From an uncultured delta proteobacterium (lineage in GTDB: Bacteria > Myxococcota_A > Polyangia > Haliangiales > Haliangiaceae): a DNA stretch of 64,000 nt. Positions 28,402 to 41,927 of the stretch are shown one piece after another; the first letter of the stretch is position 1, and every line of letters begins with the position of its first letter. The notes under the pieces were generated by a model. It was not told the DNA's origin and did not search any database. It saw nothing but the letters and a program-made list of their open reading frames with translations. Location of the stretch: positions 96,001-160,000 of the forward strand of contig CAWKDB010000002.1 of NCBI GenBank assembly GCA_963848295.1. The letters run 5' to 3'. The position numbers were made by a program, and so were the translations under genes.

Positions 28402-28599
28402 GTGCGCCTCGTCGGAGACCCGGATGGCATCGCAGCACTCAAAGCGATGGCCGCTGATCAACGCGACTACATGAAGTTCTTGATCGCGGAGGCGGGCTCG
28501 AACAGCGATCGCACCGCGCCGTTCAAAGACAAGGTCGGCGAGCGCTGGCAGCTCGTCGTCCAGCCGTCCGGCGACTTAGAGGTGCGCAAGGCCCCGTAG
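28402..28599 (+). CDS. Small hypothetical protein
   Basis: 65 aa with GC3-biased codons; TAGGCT 6 nt before GTG. Confidence 0.6.
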   Translation: MRLVGDPDGIAALKAMAADQRDYMKFLIAEAGSNSDRTAPFKDKVGERWQLVVQPSGDLEVRKAP

Positions 28600-28639
28600 C
28601 CGAGGTAGACCGTTCGCCGGGCGAACGCGTTTCATCGGG

Positions 28640-32792
<4,153 letters not shown>

Positions 32793-32815
<23 letters not shown>

Positions 32816-34610
32816 CCGGCTCATCCCGGCGGGCGAGCACGCGGTAGGTGTTGGTGTGCCGCCGCGAGCGCAGGAACGGCTTGGCCGCATGGTCGGTGAG
32901 GATGCCGAGCGCGATCAGCGGCGAGCCCAGCGTCCACACGACCGTGTGCCACAGCGAGCCACCGCCGCCGCGCCAGCGCCAGGGCTGATACGCGGGCGGC
33001 GCGATCCGATCGAGCAGCAGCCAGGCGGCAAAGAAGAAGTCGACGACCTGATGCGCTTCGCGGTAGTGCCAGACCAGCGGCGTGAAGCCGGCGTCGCGCA
33101 GCAGCTCGCCGAGCCGGTCGGCCGGGATCAGGTGCTGGTGCTGAGGCTGAAACCACGGCAGCCACCACTTGCCGAGCACGCGGCCGAGCCGGTACTCGGG
33201 GTCCGGAACTTCGATCATCAGGTGGCCGCCCGGTGACAACGCGGTGTGCGCGGCGGCGAGCTCGGCTTTCGGATCGCGGACGTGCTCGAGATAGTGGCTC
33301 ATGCTGATCGCGTCGTACGCACCCGCGATCGTCGGCGCGACGTCGGGGAACATGCCGCGATACGCCTTGTCGACCCAGCCGCGCGCCGCGGCTTCGGTGA
33401 TCGCATCGCCGAAGTCCAGGCCGTCGAATTGCGTCGCGGGCAGGTGCTCGCGCGCCGCGGCGCAGAAGTGGCCGTGGCCGCCGCCGACGTCGAGCCAGCG
33501 CGCTGGAGTCGCCACCGCTCTCATCATCAGCGCGCGGTTGTGATACGGCTCGGCGCCGTAGCCGAAGATCATCTCCATGCCGGCTTCGCCGAGGCCGTCG
33601 TAGAAGTCTTTGTAGTAGAAGTCGAGGCCCTCGATCGTCAGCCGCGGGTTCTGGAACACGACGCCGCAGCTCGCGCAACGGTCGAGCGTGAACGCCCCGG
33701 GCTTGTGCTGGAACAGATCCGGCGAGCGCAGATGGACCGCGAGCTCGGTCGAGCCGCACAACGGACAGTCGGCGCGGCGGGGCTCGAGCAAGCGGGACGG
33801 ATCGCCGGCGAGCAACGCGTCGTACGCGGGACGTTGCGCGCGCGCGGCGACGTGCGAGCGCCCCGACGCGAGCGTGCGGACGAGCAGCCATAGCTCGATC
33901 GGGAAGCGAAACACGGTCGCGACCGCGAGGTCGCGCGGTCGCAAGCCCGAGCCGGCGAGCGCCCCCGGCGCCTGCAGGTGCCAGGCCGCGAGCGCGATCC
34001 AACCGGCGATCGGCGCGAACGTCATGCCGAGCCCGATCAGCGCCCAGAAGATCGGTTGCGCGGCGAGCGCGGCTCCGGTCGCGGGCCCGAGCACGACGCG
34101 CAGCGTATCGAGTCGTCGCGAGCCGTCGAGGGTCCGCGCGTGCTCGGCCGGCGCGATCGCGAGATCGGCGCGTGCGGTGAAGTACTTGAGCCGTGCCGCG
34201 AGCTGGGCGAACGCGGGGTCGTCCGCAGGCGTCGCGTCACCGAGACCCGCGCGCTCCGCGATCGCGCGCGTGACGAGCTGGGCGTGGCCGGCGGTGCGCC
34301 CGGGCGTCGTGCGATCGCGGCGGTAGCGTTCGAGATCGAGGATCTGCGCGAGGCTGAGCGCTCGGATCGTCGGCAGGTCGCGCGGGATCAGATCGAGCTG
34401 CTCGAAGCCATGTTCGCGCGCGTAGGCCGTCGCGCCGCGGCGGGTCGCCTCGTCGAGCGTGACGCCCGGCGCGGTGACGAACACGTAGCCCGCATCCGCC
34501 GGAGCGTCGGTCTCGGGCAACGTGCCGATCGATCGCAGGCGACCGCGCATGCGCAGCGTGTCGAGCGCGATCAGCGCGGCGAGCAGCGCCATCACGATCG
34601 TCCAGATCAT
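32793..34610 (-). CDS. Membrane-associated class I SAM methyltransferase with Zn-ribbon
   Basis: N-terminal TM segments; CPLC..CASC; WLDVGGGHG; SHYLEH; start overlaps the GT stop (ATGA). Confidence 0.8.
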
Positions 34611-35764
34611 GCGAGCGCCTCGAGGAGCTCGGCCGCTCGCGGTGCCCCGCCGGCGGCGGCGAAGCTCCCGCGCACGACGCCCGCGGCGGCGCGATAACTC
34701 GGTTCGGCGAGCACGCGATCGATCGCGGCACCGAGCTCGCCCGCGTCGACCCGGCCGAACTTGACACGGATGCCCGCGCCGGCCGCGACGACCTGGTCCG
34801 CGACGATCGGCTGATCGTCCTTGATCGGCGCGATCACGAGCGGCAGGCCATGCGCGAGCGCTTCGCACACCGTGTTGTGGCCGCCATGACAGACGACCGC
34901 GTCGAGCTGCGGCAACAGCTGGAGCTGCGGCACGTAGCGCTGGACGAGCACGTTGCGCGGGGGATCGCTCGCGAGCTCCGGCGGGGCCGCGACGATCGCG
35001 CGCAGCTGTGGCCGATCGCGCAGCGCCGCGAGCGCGACTTGATAGAACCGACCGGCTGCTTCCGCGTTCACCGTGCCCATCGACACCAACACGCGCGGGC
35101 GGTCGCCGAGCTGATCCCACGGAAACGGCGTCGGCTCGGGGCGGTCGCTGATCGACGGTCCGACGAACCGGTAGTGCGCCGGGAACTGCGCGAGCGGCCC
35201 GACGAGCGCCTCGGTCGTGAAAGCGATCACGAGCTGCGGCGACAGCTCGCCGGTTTCGGACGCCGGCAGGTGCGCTTCGCGCTCGAGCCCGCCGATCAGC
35301 TCGCGCAGCCAGCGCTTGACCTCGGGCAGCCCGCCGAGCGGATCGGTGACCCCGGCCGAGGTGGTCGCGAGCGTGGCCCACGGCAGTCCCCGCGCGCGCG
35401 CAACGAGCCCGCCGGCGAGCGCTTGCTGATCGACCGCGAGCACGTCGGGCCGATAGCCGGCGACCGCGGCGTCGAGCGCCGGTCGCATCGAGCGCGCGAG
35501 CGGCACGAGAAAGTCCTCCCATAGAAACTTCAGCGCTGCCGCGCCGCGCACGGCCTTCGCGCGCGCCGCGACGTCGGCGGCTTCGCGGTCCGACACGTCC
35601 TCCGGCATCGCGAGGATCGTGGCGCCCGCGGGCAGCAGCTTGGCGACCGTGCCGGGATGCGCGGCCCACGCGACCTCGTGGCCGCGCGCTTGCAACGCGC
35701 GTGCGACCGACACCGTCGGGTTCGTGTGACCGGTCAACGGCGGCACGACGAACAAGAACCTCAT
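34607..35764 (-). CDS. GT1 (MGT/UGT-like) glycosyltransferase
   Basis: PPLTGHTNP; VPQLQLL..VCHGGHNTVCEAL..DDQP (PSPG-like box). Confidence 0.9.
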   Translation of the reverse strand: MRFLFVVPPLTGHTNPTVSVARALQARGHEVAWAAHPGTVAKLLPAGATILAMPEDVSDREAADVAARAKAVRGAAALKFLWEDFLVPLARSMRPALDAAVAGYRPDVLAVDQQALAGGLVARARGLPWATLATTSAGVTDPLGGLPEVKRWLRELIGGLEREAHLPASETGELSPQLVIAFTTEALVGPLAQFPAHYRFVGPSISDRPEPTPFPWDQLGDRPRVLVSMGTVNAEAAGRFYQVALAALRDRPQLRAIVAAPPELASDPPRNVLVQRYVPQLQLLPQLDAVVCHGGHNTVCEALAHGLPLVIAPIKDDQPIVADQVVAAGAGIRVKFGRVDAGELGAAIDRVLAEPSYRAAAGVVRGSFAAAGGAPRAAELLEALA

Positions 35765-36621
35765 GCGCCACCACCTGCGAAGCTGACGATCCGATCGCGC
35801 ACGAGCGCGGTCGCCTCCCACAACACCGAATGCGTCGCGCCCGGCACGATCACGAGCTCGCAGCGCGGCAACGTGCGCGCGAGTTGTTCGCCGCGCTCGC
35901 GCACGTCCGACCGTTCGCCGTACAGCGCGAGCACCGGGCAAGCGATCCGCGCGAGCTCGTCATGGGCGACCGGTGGCGAGCGACGAAGATCGGCGACCAG
36001 CGTCGTGCCGTTGACGAGCGCCTCGGCCGCGGTCGCGAGTCGCGTCCGCTTGCGCTCGCTGTGCCGGCCGAGCCACGCCTGGAACGACTCGGCGATCTTC
36101 GCGTCGCGCGCATCGCCCTGCAGCGCGAGCGTCGCCGCCATCTGCGCGGCCCAGCCCGCCGTGCCGTCGTGCGCGTCGATCAGCGCGAGGCTCGCGACCT
36201 TGCCCGGCTGGGCCGCCGCGAGCGCGAGTGCGACCACGCCGCCGAAGCTATTGCCGACGAGGTGCACCGGGCCACCCGCGGCGAGCTCGTCGATCAGCGC
36301 GGCGAGATCCGCGACGAAGTCGCCGACCGTATAGCCCGTGGCCGGGCGCTCGGACATGCCGTGACCGCGCAGATCGTAGAGCATGACCTCGGCGCGCGTC
36401 GCGAGCGGGTTTGCGAGCGTGAAGTAGAAGCTCGACAGGTTGTCCATCACGAGGCCGTGGACGAACACGACCCGAGGACGATCGATCGCTCGGCGGTCCG
36501 CTGCGAAGCGAGGATCGCCGACACCCCAGTCCGAGGGTCCCCCGCGAAGCGGGGTCGCCACCGACCCGCCGCCGAGCCGCTGCACGTGATGGCGGACGCC
36601 GTTCGCGATCACGTCAGCCAA
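35761..36621 (-). CDS. Alpha/beta hydrolase carrying an in-frame palindromic insertion
   Basis: VHGL, YDLRGHG, GNSFGG, C-terminal His; about 27 extra residues relative to the neighbouring paralog. Confidence 0.85.
   Translation of the reverse strand: MADVIANGVRHHVQRLGGGSVATPLRGGPSDWGVGDPRFAADRRAIDRPRVVFVHGLVMDNLSSFYFTLANPLATRAEVMLYDLRGHGMSERPATGYTVGDFVADLAALIDELAAGGPVHLVGNSFGGVVALALAAAQPGKVASLALIDAHDGTAGWAAQMAATLALQGDARDAKIAESFQAWLGRHSERKRTRLATAAEALVNGTTLVADLRRSPPVAHDELARIACPVLALYGERSDVRERGEQLARTLPRCELVIVPGATHSVLWEATALVRDRIVSFAGGGA
36490..36554. repeat. Palindromic element family B, copy 1
   Basis: tcggcggtcc-gct-gcgaagc-ga-ggatcgccga ... ccgaggg-t-cccccg-cgaag-cgggg; homologous to 57929-57992. 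Confidence 0.75.
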
Positions 36622-37369
36622 GGTGCGCCTCGATCTCGCGCGCGAGCTCGGCGCGCGCGTCGAGGTGCAAGTAGTGGCCGCCCGGGAGGATCCGCAAGAT
36701 CGAGCCGGTCACCGCACGCGCGAGCCGCTCGCCCGCGGGCTTGCAGCTCGACCGATCGCCGTACGCCGCGAGCAACGGCGGCGCGAGCGTCGCGAGCTCG
36801 GCGTCGCCGAGATCGGGCTCGCCGCGAACATCGGCGAGCAAGCTCGAGTGCAGCGCGAGGAACTCGATGGATGCGACGAGCCGGGTCGCGGGCCGCCGAC
36901 CGCCGGCGACTGCTTCGCGCAGCGGTTGTGGCAACGCGGCGATCAGCTTCTGCGGATCGGTGGTGTCGAGAAACGAGGCCATCTCGAGTGCGCTCGAGGG
37001 CGGCAGCGGCGCCTCGACGACGACGATCCGGCGCACGCGGTCCGGATGATCGAGCGCGAATCGCAGCGCGACGAGCCCGCCCCAGCTGTGGCCGACGAGA
37101 TCGAACGGCGGAAGATCCGCGGTCAGCGCCTCGAGATCGCGCGCGAGCGTGCGGACGTCGTACCCGGTGGCGGCGCGTTCGCTGCGACCGTGGCCGCGCA
37201 GGTCGTAGACCCGAACGCGGCGGCGCGCCGCCAGCACGGGCGCGGCGGTGAAGTACCAGGATGCGAGGCTGCCGATCACGAGGCCATGGACCATGACGAT
37301 CGGCGTGGCGGTCGCGTCGCCCAACTCTTGGACGTGGAACGACAGCCCGTTCGCCGCTACGAGCGGCAT
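36614..37369 (-). CDS. Alpha/beta hydrolase (thioesterase or acyltransferase candidate)
   Basis: VHGL, YDLRGHG, GHSWGG, GGHYLH. Confidence 0.88.
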   Translation of the reverse strand: MPLVAANGLSFHVQELGDATATPIVMVHGLVIGSLASWYFTAAPVLAARRRVRVYDLRGHGRSERAATGYDVRTLARDLEALTADLPPFDLVGHSWGGLVALRFALDHPDRVRRIVVVEAPLPPSSALEMASFLDTTDPQKLIAALPQPLREAVAGGRRPATRLVASIEFLALHSSLLADVRGEPDLGDAELATLAPPLLAAYGDRSSCKPAGERLARAVTGSILRILPGGHYLHLDARAELAREIEAHLG

Positions 37370-37650
37370 GATGCGATGAACTCCACGAGCTCGCCGACGG
37401 TCAACGCGATGATCTGATCGAGCTCCTTGCCCGAGATCCAAGCGACGAAGTCGACGCCGCCGCCGTAGTGCTGCTGGAGCTTTTCGGCGAGCGCGACGAA
37501 CTCGATGCTCTCGAGCTCGAGATCGGCGTTGAACGATGTCGTCATCGCGATCGGGCCGTCGAGCAGCAGCTCGTCGCCGACGATCTCGGTGACCAGCTGC
37601 TCGACCACGCGGAGGATCTCACCGCGATCGGCTGTGGGTGCGGCGGTCAC
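37357..37650 (-). CDS. Stand-alone acyl carrier protein
   Basis: Acidic 97 aa; ADLELESIEFV phosphopantetheine site; TVGELV; start overlaps the PKS stop (GTGA). Confidence 0.85.
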   Translation of the reverse strand: MTAAPTADRGEILRVVEQLVTEIVGDELLLDGPIAMTTSFNADLELESIEFVALAEKLQQHYGGGVDFVAWISGKELDQIIALTVGELVEFIASCRS

Positions 37651-40600
37651 GACGGGGTGCGCTCCAACGTGGTCCACGCGACGATATAGGGTCCTTCGCG
37701 CCGAGTGTCGATCGTGGCGTCGTCGATCGTCAGGCGATCGCCGTGCGCGGCGCGGACCTCGAGCTTGCGCGGATCGGTGACGCCGGTGCCGCGCGCTTTG
37801 CCGAGCGCCTCTTTCGCCGTCCACAACCGGGCGAGCCACTCGTCGCGCGGCCGGCCGGCACCCAGCGCGAGCTCGGCGGCGGTGAACGCGACGGCGACAA
37901 ACGAGGGCTCGCGCGACGCGATCTTTTCGATGTCGACTCCGACCGCGTGACGATCGTCGACGAGCGCGACCGCGACATCGTCTTTGTGCGCGACCGAGAC
38001 CTGGGGGGCGACCGCGCCGGTCGCGAGCGTGACGTGCGGGCGCCCGCCATCGTCGTTGCCGATCGCGACCTCGACCGGGAACATCTCGGCGCCGCCGCGG
38101 TGCCACAGGCGACGGCGCACCGCATCCTTGATCGCGATCCGCCCGAGCAGCCAACCGCGCCGGCGCGGCGCGGGCATCGCATCGTGCTCGGTGCGCTCGC
38201 GCTCGGTCAGGTAGCGCCGCATCATCAGCTCGCGCGATGCCGCCGCGTGCCAGTGCTCGGTGACGAGCGCGTACGGCTCGGCGGTCGCGAGCACGTTGCG
38301 CTCGGGGTACATCAGCACCGCCCACACGGCATCGTCGCTGTCGAACCGGCGATCTTCCCAGCCCGTGATCCGCGCCCACACGCGGCCGGCGTGCGTCAGC
38401 TCGAGATCGGCGCGGACCTCGCGCTCGCGCACGTCGCGAATCCGCACGCTGCACGCGACGCGCTCGCCGGCGGCGGGCTCCGGCCCGAACAGCTCGACGC
38501 GCTCGAGCCGGACCGGCATCGCGAGCCGATCGCGGGCCTCGGTCTGCATCACCCACCAGCCCATCAGCTGGCCGGCGCAATCGAGCAGCGCGCCGTGCGC
38601 CGGCAGCACCTCGATCACGCCGTCGACGCCGCGCTCGCTGCCGTTCGGACCGTCGGCCATCTGACCGAGCTCGGCGACGCCTTGATAAGCCGGGCCGTGG
38701 AACATCCAGCGATCGGCGTACATCCGCGCGGCGGTCATCGGCGCGGTCCGGGGTTCGGACAACGGCGCGAGTGCCGGCGCCGGTGCCGCGGGGAACGCAG
38801 CAGCGAGTCGGACCGTCGCGCGCGAATAGCCGGGAATCTCGACCTCGACCCGGTCGTCCGCGGTCCGGACACAACGCAGCTCGATCTCGACGGGCGGCGC
38901 GACCGCGAGCCAGCGATAGGCGCGGATGTCTTCGAGCGCGATGGCGACGCGATCCGGCGCGAGCGTGCGCGCGGCGTCGATCATCATCCCGATCGTCATC
39001 GTCATCGGCACGACCGGGTAGCGATCGGCGACGATCGGCCAGCCGGCCGGCTGGCGGTAGAAGCAGTGATCGAGCAGCGCGGGGTCGCTGTCCGCAGACA
39101 GCGACCGGCGGATCACGGCCTGACGCGGCGCCGCCGCCTCGTCGCGCTTGCGCCACGCCTCGACGATCGCGCGACTCGCGTCGGCCGCTGCGCGCAACGT
39201 CGCGAGCAGCTCGGCCGCGATCGGATCGGCCGAGAGCCCGGCCGGCGGCGCGAACGCGGTATTGATCGCTGGCATCGAGCCTCCGAGCTTGACGAGCGGC
39301 ACGCCGAGCGCGAGCGGCTGAGGCACGCGTGATGCCGAGACTCGTGCAGCGGGCTCGCCTGCGAGCTCCCAGCCGACGTCGAAGCCTTCCGCCCACAGCG
39401 CGGCGCCGACGCGCGCGAGCTGGCCGACGCCACCGTCCGCGTCCTTGTCGCTCGCTGCGGCGATCGCGAGATGGTCCTTGCCGCGCAGCGTGTCGCCGAC
39501 GAACCCCGCGAGGCTGCCGACGCCGAGCTGGACGAACGCGCGCACGCCACTGGCGTAGAGGTTGTCGACCAGCTCGCGAAACCGGACCGGTGCGACGAGG
39601 TGCTCGATCGCGAGCGCGCGGATCGCGACGGGGTCGTCCGGATACGGCGCGCACGTCGTCGCCGACCACAGCGGCAGCGCGCCGCGGACGAGCTCGAGCC
39701 CCGCGAGGTGACGGCGATGCGGCGCGAGATAGTCCGCGAATAGCGGCGAGTGGAAGCCCGACCGAAACGGCAGCTCCTGACACAGCACGCCGCGCGCACC
39801 GAGCCGTTCGATCGCGGTGCGCACGCGATCGCGCTTACCGCAGATGATCGCCTGATGCGGGCAGTTGTCGTGCGACACCGCGATCGCGTCGAGTCCGTCG
39901 AGCGCCTGCTCCGCGCCATTCGCACTGCAACCGACCGCGGCGAACACGACGTCGGGCACCTCGAGGCTGCCGGCGCCCAGCCCCGCGACGAACGCATCGA
40001 GCGCGCGCGGTGGGATCACGCCGGCGAGCGCCATGCCGGTCCACTCGCCGATGCTGTGCCCGGCGATCGCGTCGGCACGGACCCGCAGGCGATCGAGCGC
40101 CGCCGCGAGATAGCGACCGAGCGCGAACACCCCGAAGCCTCGGCGCTCGAGCTCGGCCGGCGTCGCGCCCTGCCCGGCTCGCGCGGCCTCGATCGTCGGT
40201 GGCAGCGGGACGCCGAGCGCGCGCGGCAGCTCGGCGATGGCCGGCGCGAACGCCGCCTCGACGCCGGGCGCGAGCAGGGCGATCTTGCCACCGTCGAGCG
40301 CGAACCCGCGCGGGGCGAAGAAGATGTCGTGATTGCCGCGCCACGGCTTGCCGCGATCGAGCACCTTGCCGGCCTGAGCGCGGCGCGCCGGCGTCGGATC
40401 GACGATCGCGAGCCGCAGCCTGCCGCGGCCGATCGCGGTCGGTCGTGGCCGATCGGTCGCGAGCCGAGCGCGCAGCTCGTCGATCGAATCGGCGGCGAGC
40501 GCGAGCACCTCCACGTGCCGATGGTCGGCGACCGCGACCGACACGCCCCCGCGCGGACGCGAGCCGGCGTGCTGCTCGAGCACGACGTGCGCGTTGATCC

Positions 40601-41927
40601 CGCCGAACCCGAACGCGCTGACCCCGGCGCGCCGGTCGTCGCCGCGCCACGGCTCGGCCGCGCCGATCACGCGAAACCGCGTGCGCTCGAGCTCGGGATG
40701 AGGATCGTCGCAGTGCAAGCTCGGCGGCAGCACGCCGTGATGGATCGCGAGCGCGGTCTTGATCAGGCCAGCCGCGCCTGCGGCGGGCATCGCGTGACCG
40801 ATCATCGACTTGACCGAGCCGACGACCGCGCGCGGACCGGCGCCGGCTGGCCCGAACTGTCGGCCGAGCGCGCGGAGCTCGACCTCGTCGCCGGTTGGGG
40901 TCGCGGTGCCGTGCGCTTCGACCAGACCGACCGTCGCCGGATCGCGTTCCGCGGCGCGCCACGCCTGGCCGAGCGCCGCGAGCTGACCATCGAGCCGCGG
41001 CCGCATCGGGCTCGCGCCAGAACCGTCGCTCGACACACCGGCGCCGCGCAGCACCGCATAGATCCGATCGCCGTCGCGCTCCGCATCGGCGAGCCGCTTC
41101 AACACGACGATGCCCGCGCCCTCGCCGATCAAGATGCCGTCGGCGCTGCGATCGAATGGCCGGATCCGCTGGGCGCGGCTGAGCGCGCCGAGCTGCGTGA
41201 ACACGCTCCAGAACGTGACGTCGTGACAGACGTGGACGCCGCCGGCGACGATCAGATCGCAGCGCCCGGACGCGAGCTCGCGCATCCCGTGATCGACCGC
41301 GATCAGCGAGCTCGCACACGCCGCATCGACGGTGTACGCCGGGCCGCGCAGATCGAGGCGGCTCGCGATCCGCGACGCCGCGAGGTTCGGCACCAAGCCG
41401 ATCGCGGTCTCGGGTCCGGCCTCGCCGGCGCGCGCTGCGAACGCCGTGCGGATCTTGTCGAGCGTCGCCGCGTCGAGATCGGGCACGAGCTCGGCGAGCG
41501 TCGTGACGAGCTGCTGCGCGGTGCCGATCCGCTGGGTCAGCCGCGCGATGCCCGGCGTGACGTAGCCGCCTCGGCCGAGGATTACCGCGGTGCGATCGCG
41601 CGGGACCGCGCACCCGGCGTCGTCGAGCGCCTTCGCGGCGACCGAGAGCGCGAGCAGCTGATCGGGCTCGGCGCCGGCGGCGGCGACGGGCATGATGCCG
41701 AACGCGATCGGATCGAACACCGGTTCGATGAACCCGCCGCGCCGACAATAGAACCGGTCCGCGCTCCCGGCCGGCGCGTTGTCCGCGAAGAACACCGGAT
41801 CGACGCGCGCGGCCGGAGCTTCGCGGATCGCGTCGACGCCGCCGGCGATGTTGCGCCAGTACGCGTCGAGATCGGGTGCGCCCGGAAACACCGCGGCCAT
41901 GCCGACGATCGCGACCGCGTCGGCCAC
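37647..41927 (-). CDS. Type I PKS subunit: KS-AT-DH-PPTase
   Basis: KS DAACASS, EAHGT, KSMIGH; AT GHSIG, GFHSP; DH-like DHCF..FHGPAYQG; PPTase GVDIE..WTAKEA. Confidence 0.88.
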   Translation of the reverse strand: MADAVAIVGMAAVFPGAPDLDAYWRNIAGGVDAIREAPAARVDPVFFADNAPAGSADRFYCRRGGFIEPVFDPIAFGIMPVAAAGAEPDQLLALSVAAKALDDAGCAVPRDRTAVILGRGGYVTPGIARLTQRIGTAQQLVTTLAELVPDLDAATLDKIRTAFAARAGEAGPETAIGLVPNLAASRIASRLDLRGPAYTVDAACASSLIAVDHGMRELASGRCDLIVAGGVHVCHDVTFWSVFTQLGALSRAQRIRPFDRSADGILIGEGAGIVVLKRLADAERDGDRIYAVLRGAGVSSDGSGASPMRPRLDGQLAALGQAWRAAERDPATVGLVEAHGTATPTGDEVELRALGRQFGPAGAGPRAVVGSVKSMIGHAMPAAGAAGLIKTALAIHHGVLPPSLHCDDPHPELERTRFRVIGAAEPWRGDDRRAGVSAFGFGGINAHVVLEQHAGSRPRGGVSVAVADHRHVEVLALAADSIDELRARLATDRPRPTAIGRGRLRLAIVDPTPARRAQAGKVLDRGKPWRGNHDIFFAPRGFALDGGKIALLAPGVEAAFAPAIAELPRALGVPLPPTIEAARAGQGATPAELERRGFGVFALGRYLAAALDRLRVRADAIAGHSIGEWTGMALAGVIPPRALDAFVAGLGAGSLEVPDVVFAAVGCSANGAEQALDGLDAIAVSHDNCPHQAIICGKRDRVRTAIERLGARGVLCQELPFRSGFHSPLFADYLAPHRRHLAGLELVRGALPLWSATTCAPYPDDPVAIRALAIEHLVAPVRFRELVDNLYASGVRAFVQLGVGSLAGFVGDTLRGKDHLAIAAASDKDADGGVGQLARVGAALWAEGFDVGWELAGEPAARVSASRVPQPLALGVPLVKLGGSMPAINTAFAPPAGLSADPIAAELLATLRAAADASRAIVEAWRKRDEAAAPRQAVIRRSLSADSDPALLDHCFYRQPAGWPIVADRYPVVPMTMTIGMMIDAARTLAPDRVAIALEDIRAYRWLAVAPPVEIELRCVRTADDRVEVEIPGYSRATVRLAAAFPAAPAPALAPLSEPRTAPMTAARMYADRWMFHGPAYQGVAELGQMADGPNGSERGVDGVIEVLPAHGALLDCAGQLMGWWVMQTEARDRLAMPVRLERVELFGPEPAAGERVACSVRIRDVREREVRADLELTHAGRVWARITGWEDRRFDSDDAVWAVLMYPERNVLATAEPYALVTEHWHAAASRELMMRRYLTERERTEHDAMPAPRRRGWLLGRIAIKDAVRRRLWHRGGAEMFPVEVAIGNDDGGRPHVTLATGAVAPQVSVAHKDDVAVALVDDRHAVGVDIEKIASREPSFVAVAFTAAELALGAGRPRDEWLARLWTAKEALGKARGTGVTDPRKLEVRAAHGDRLTIDDATIDTRREGPYIVAWTTLERTPS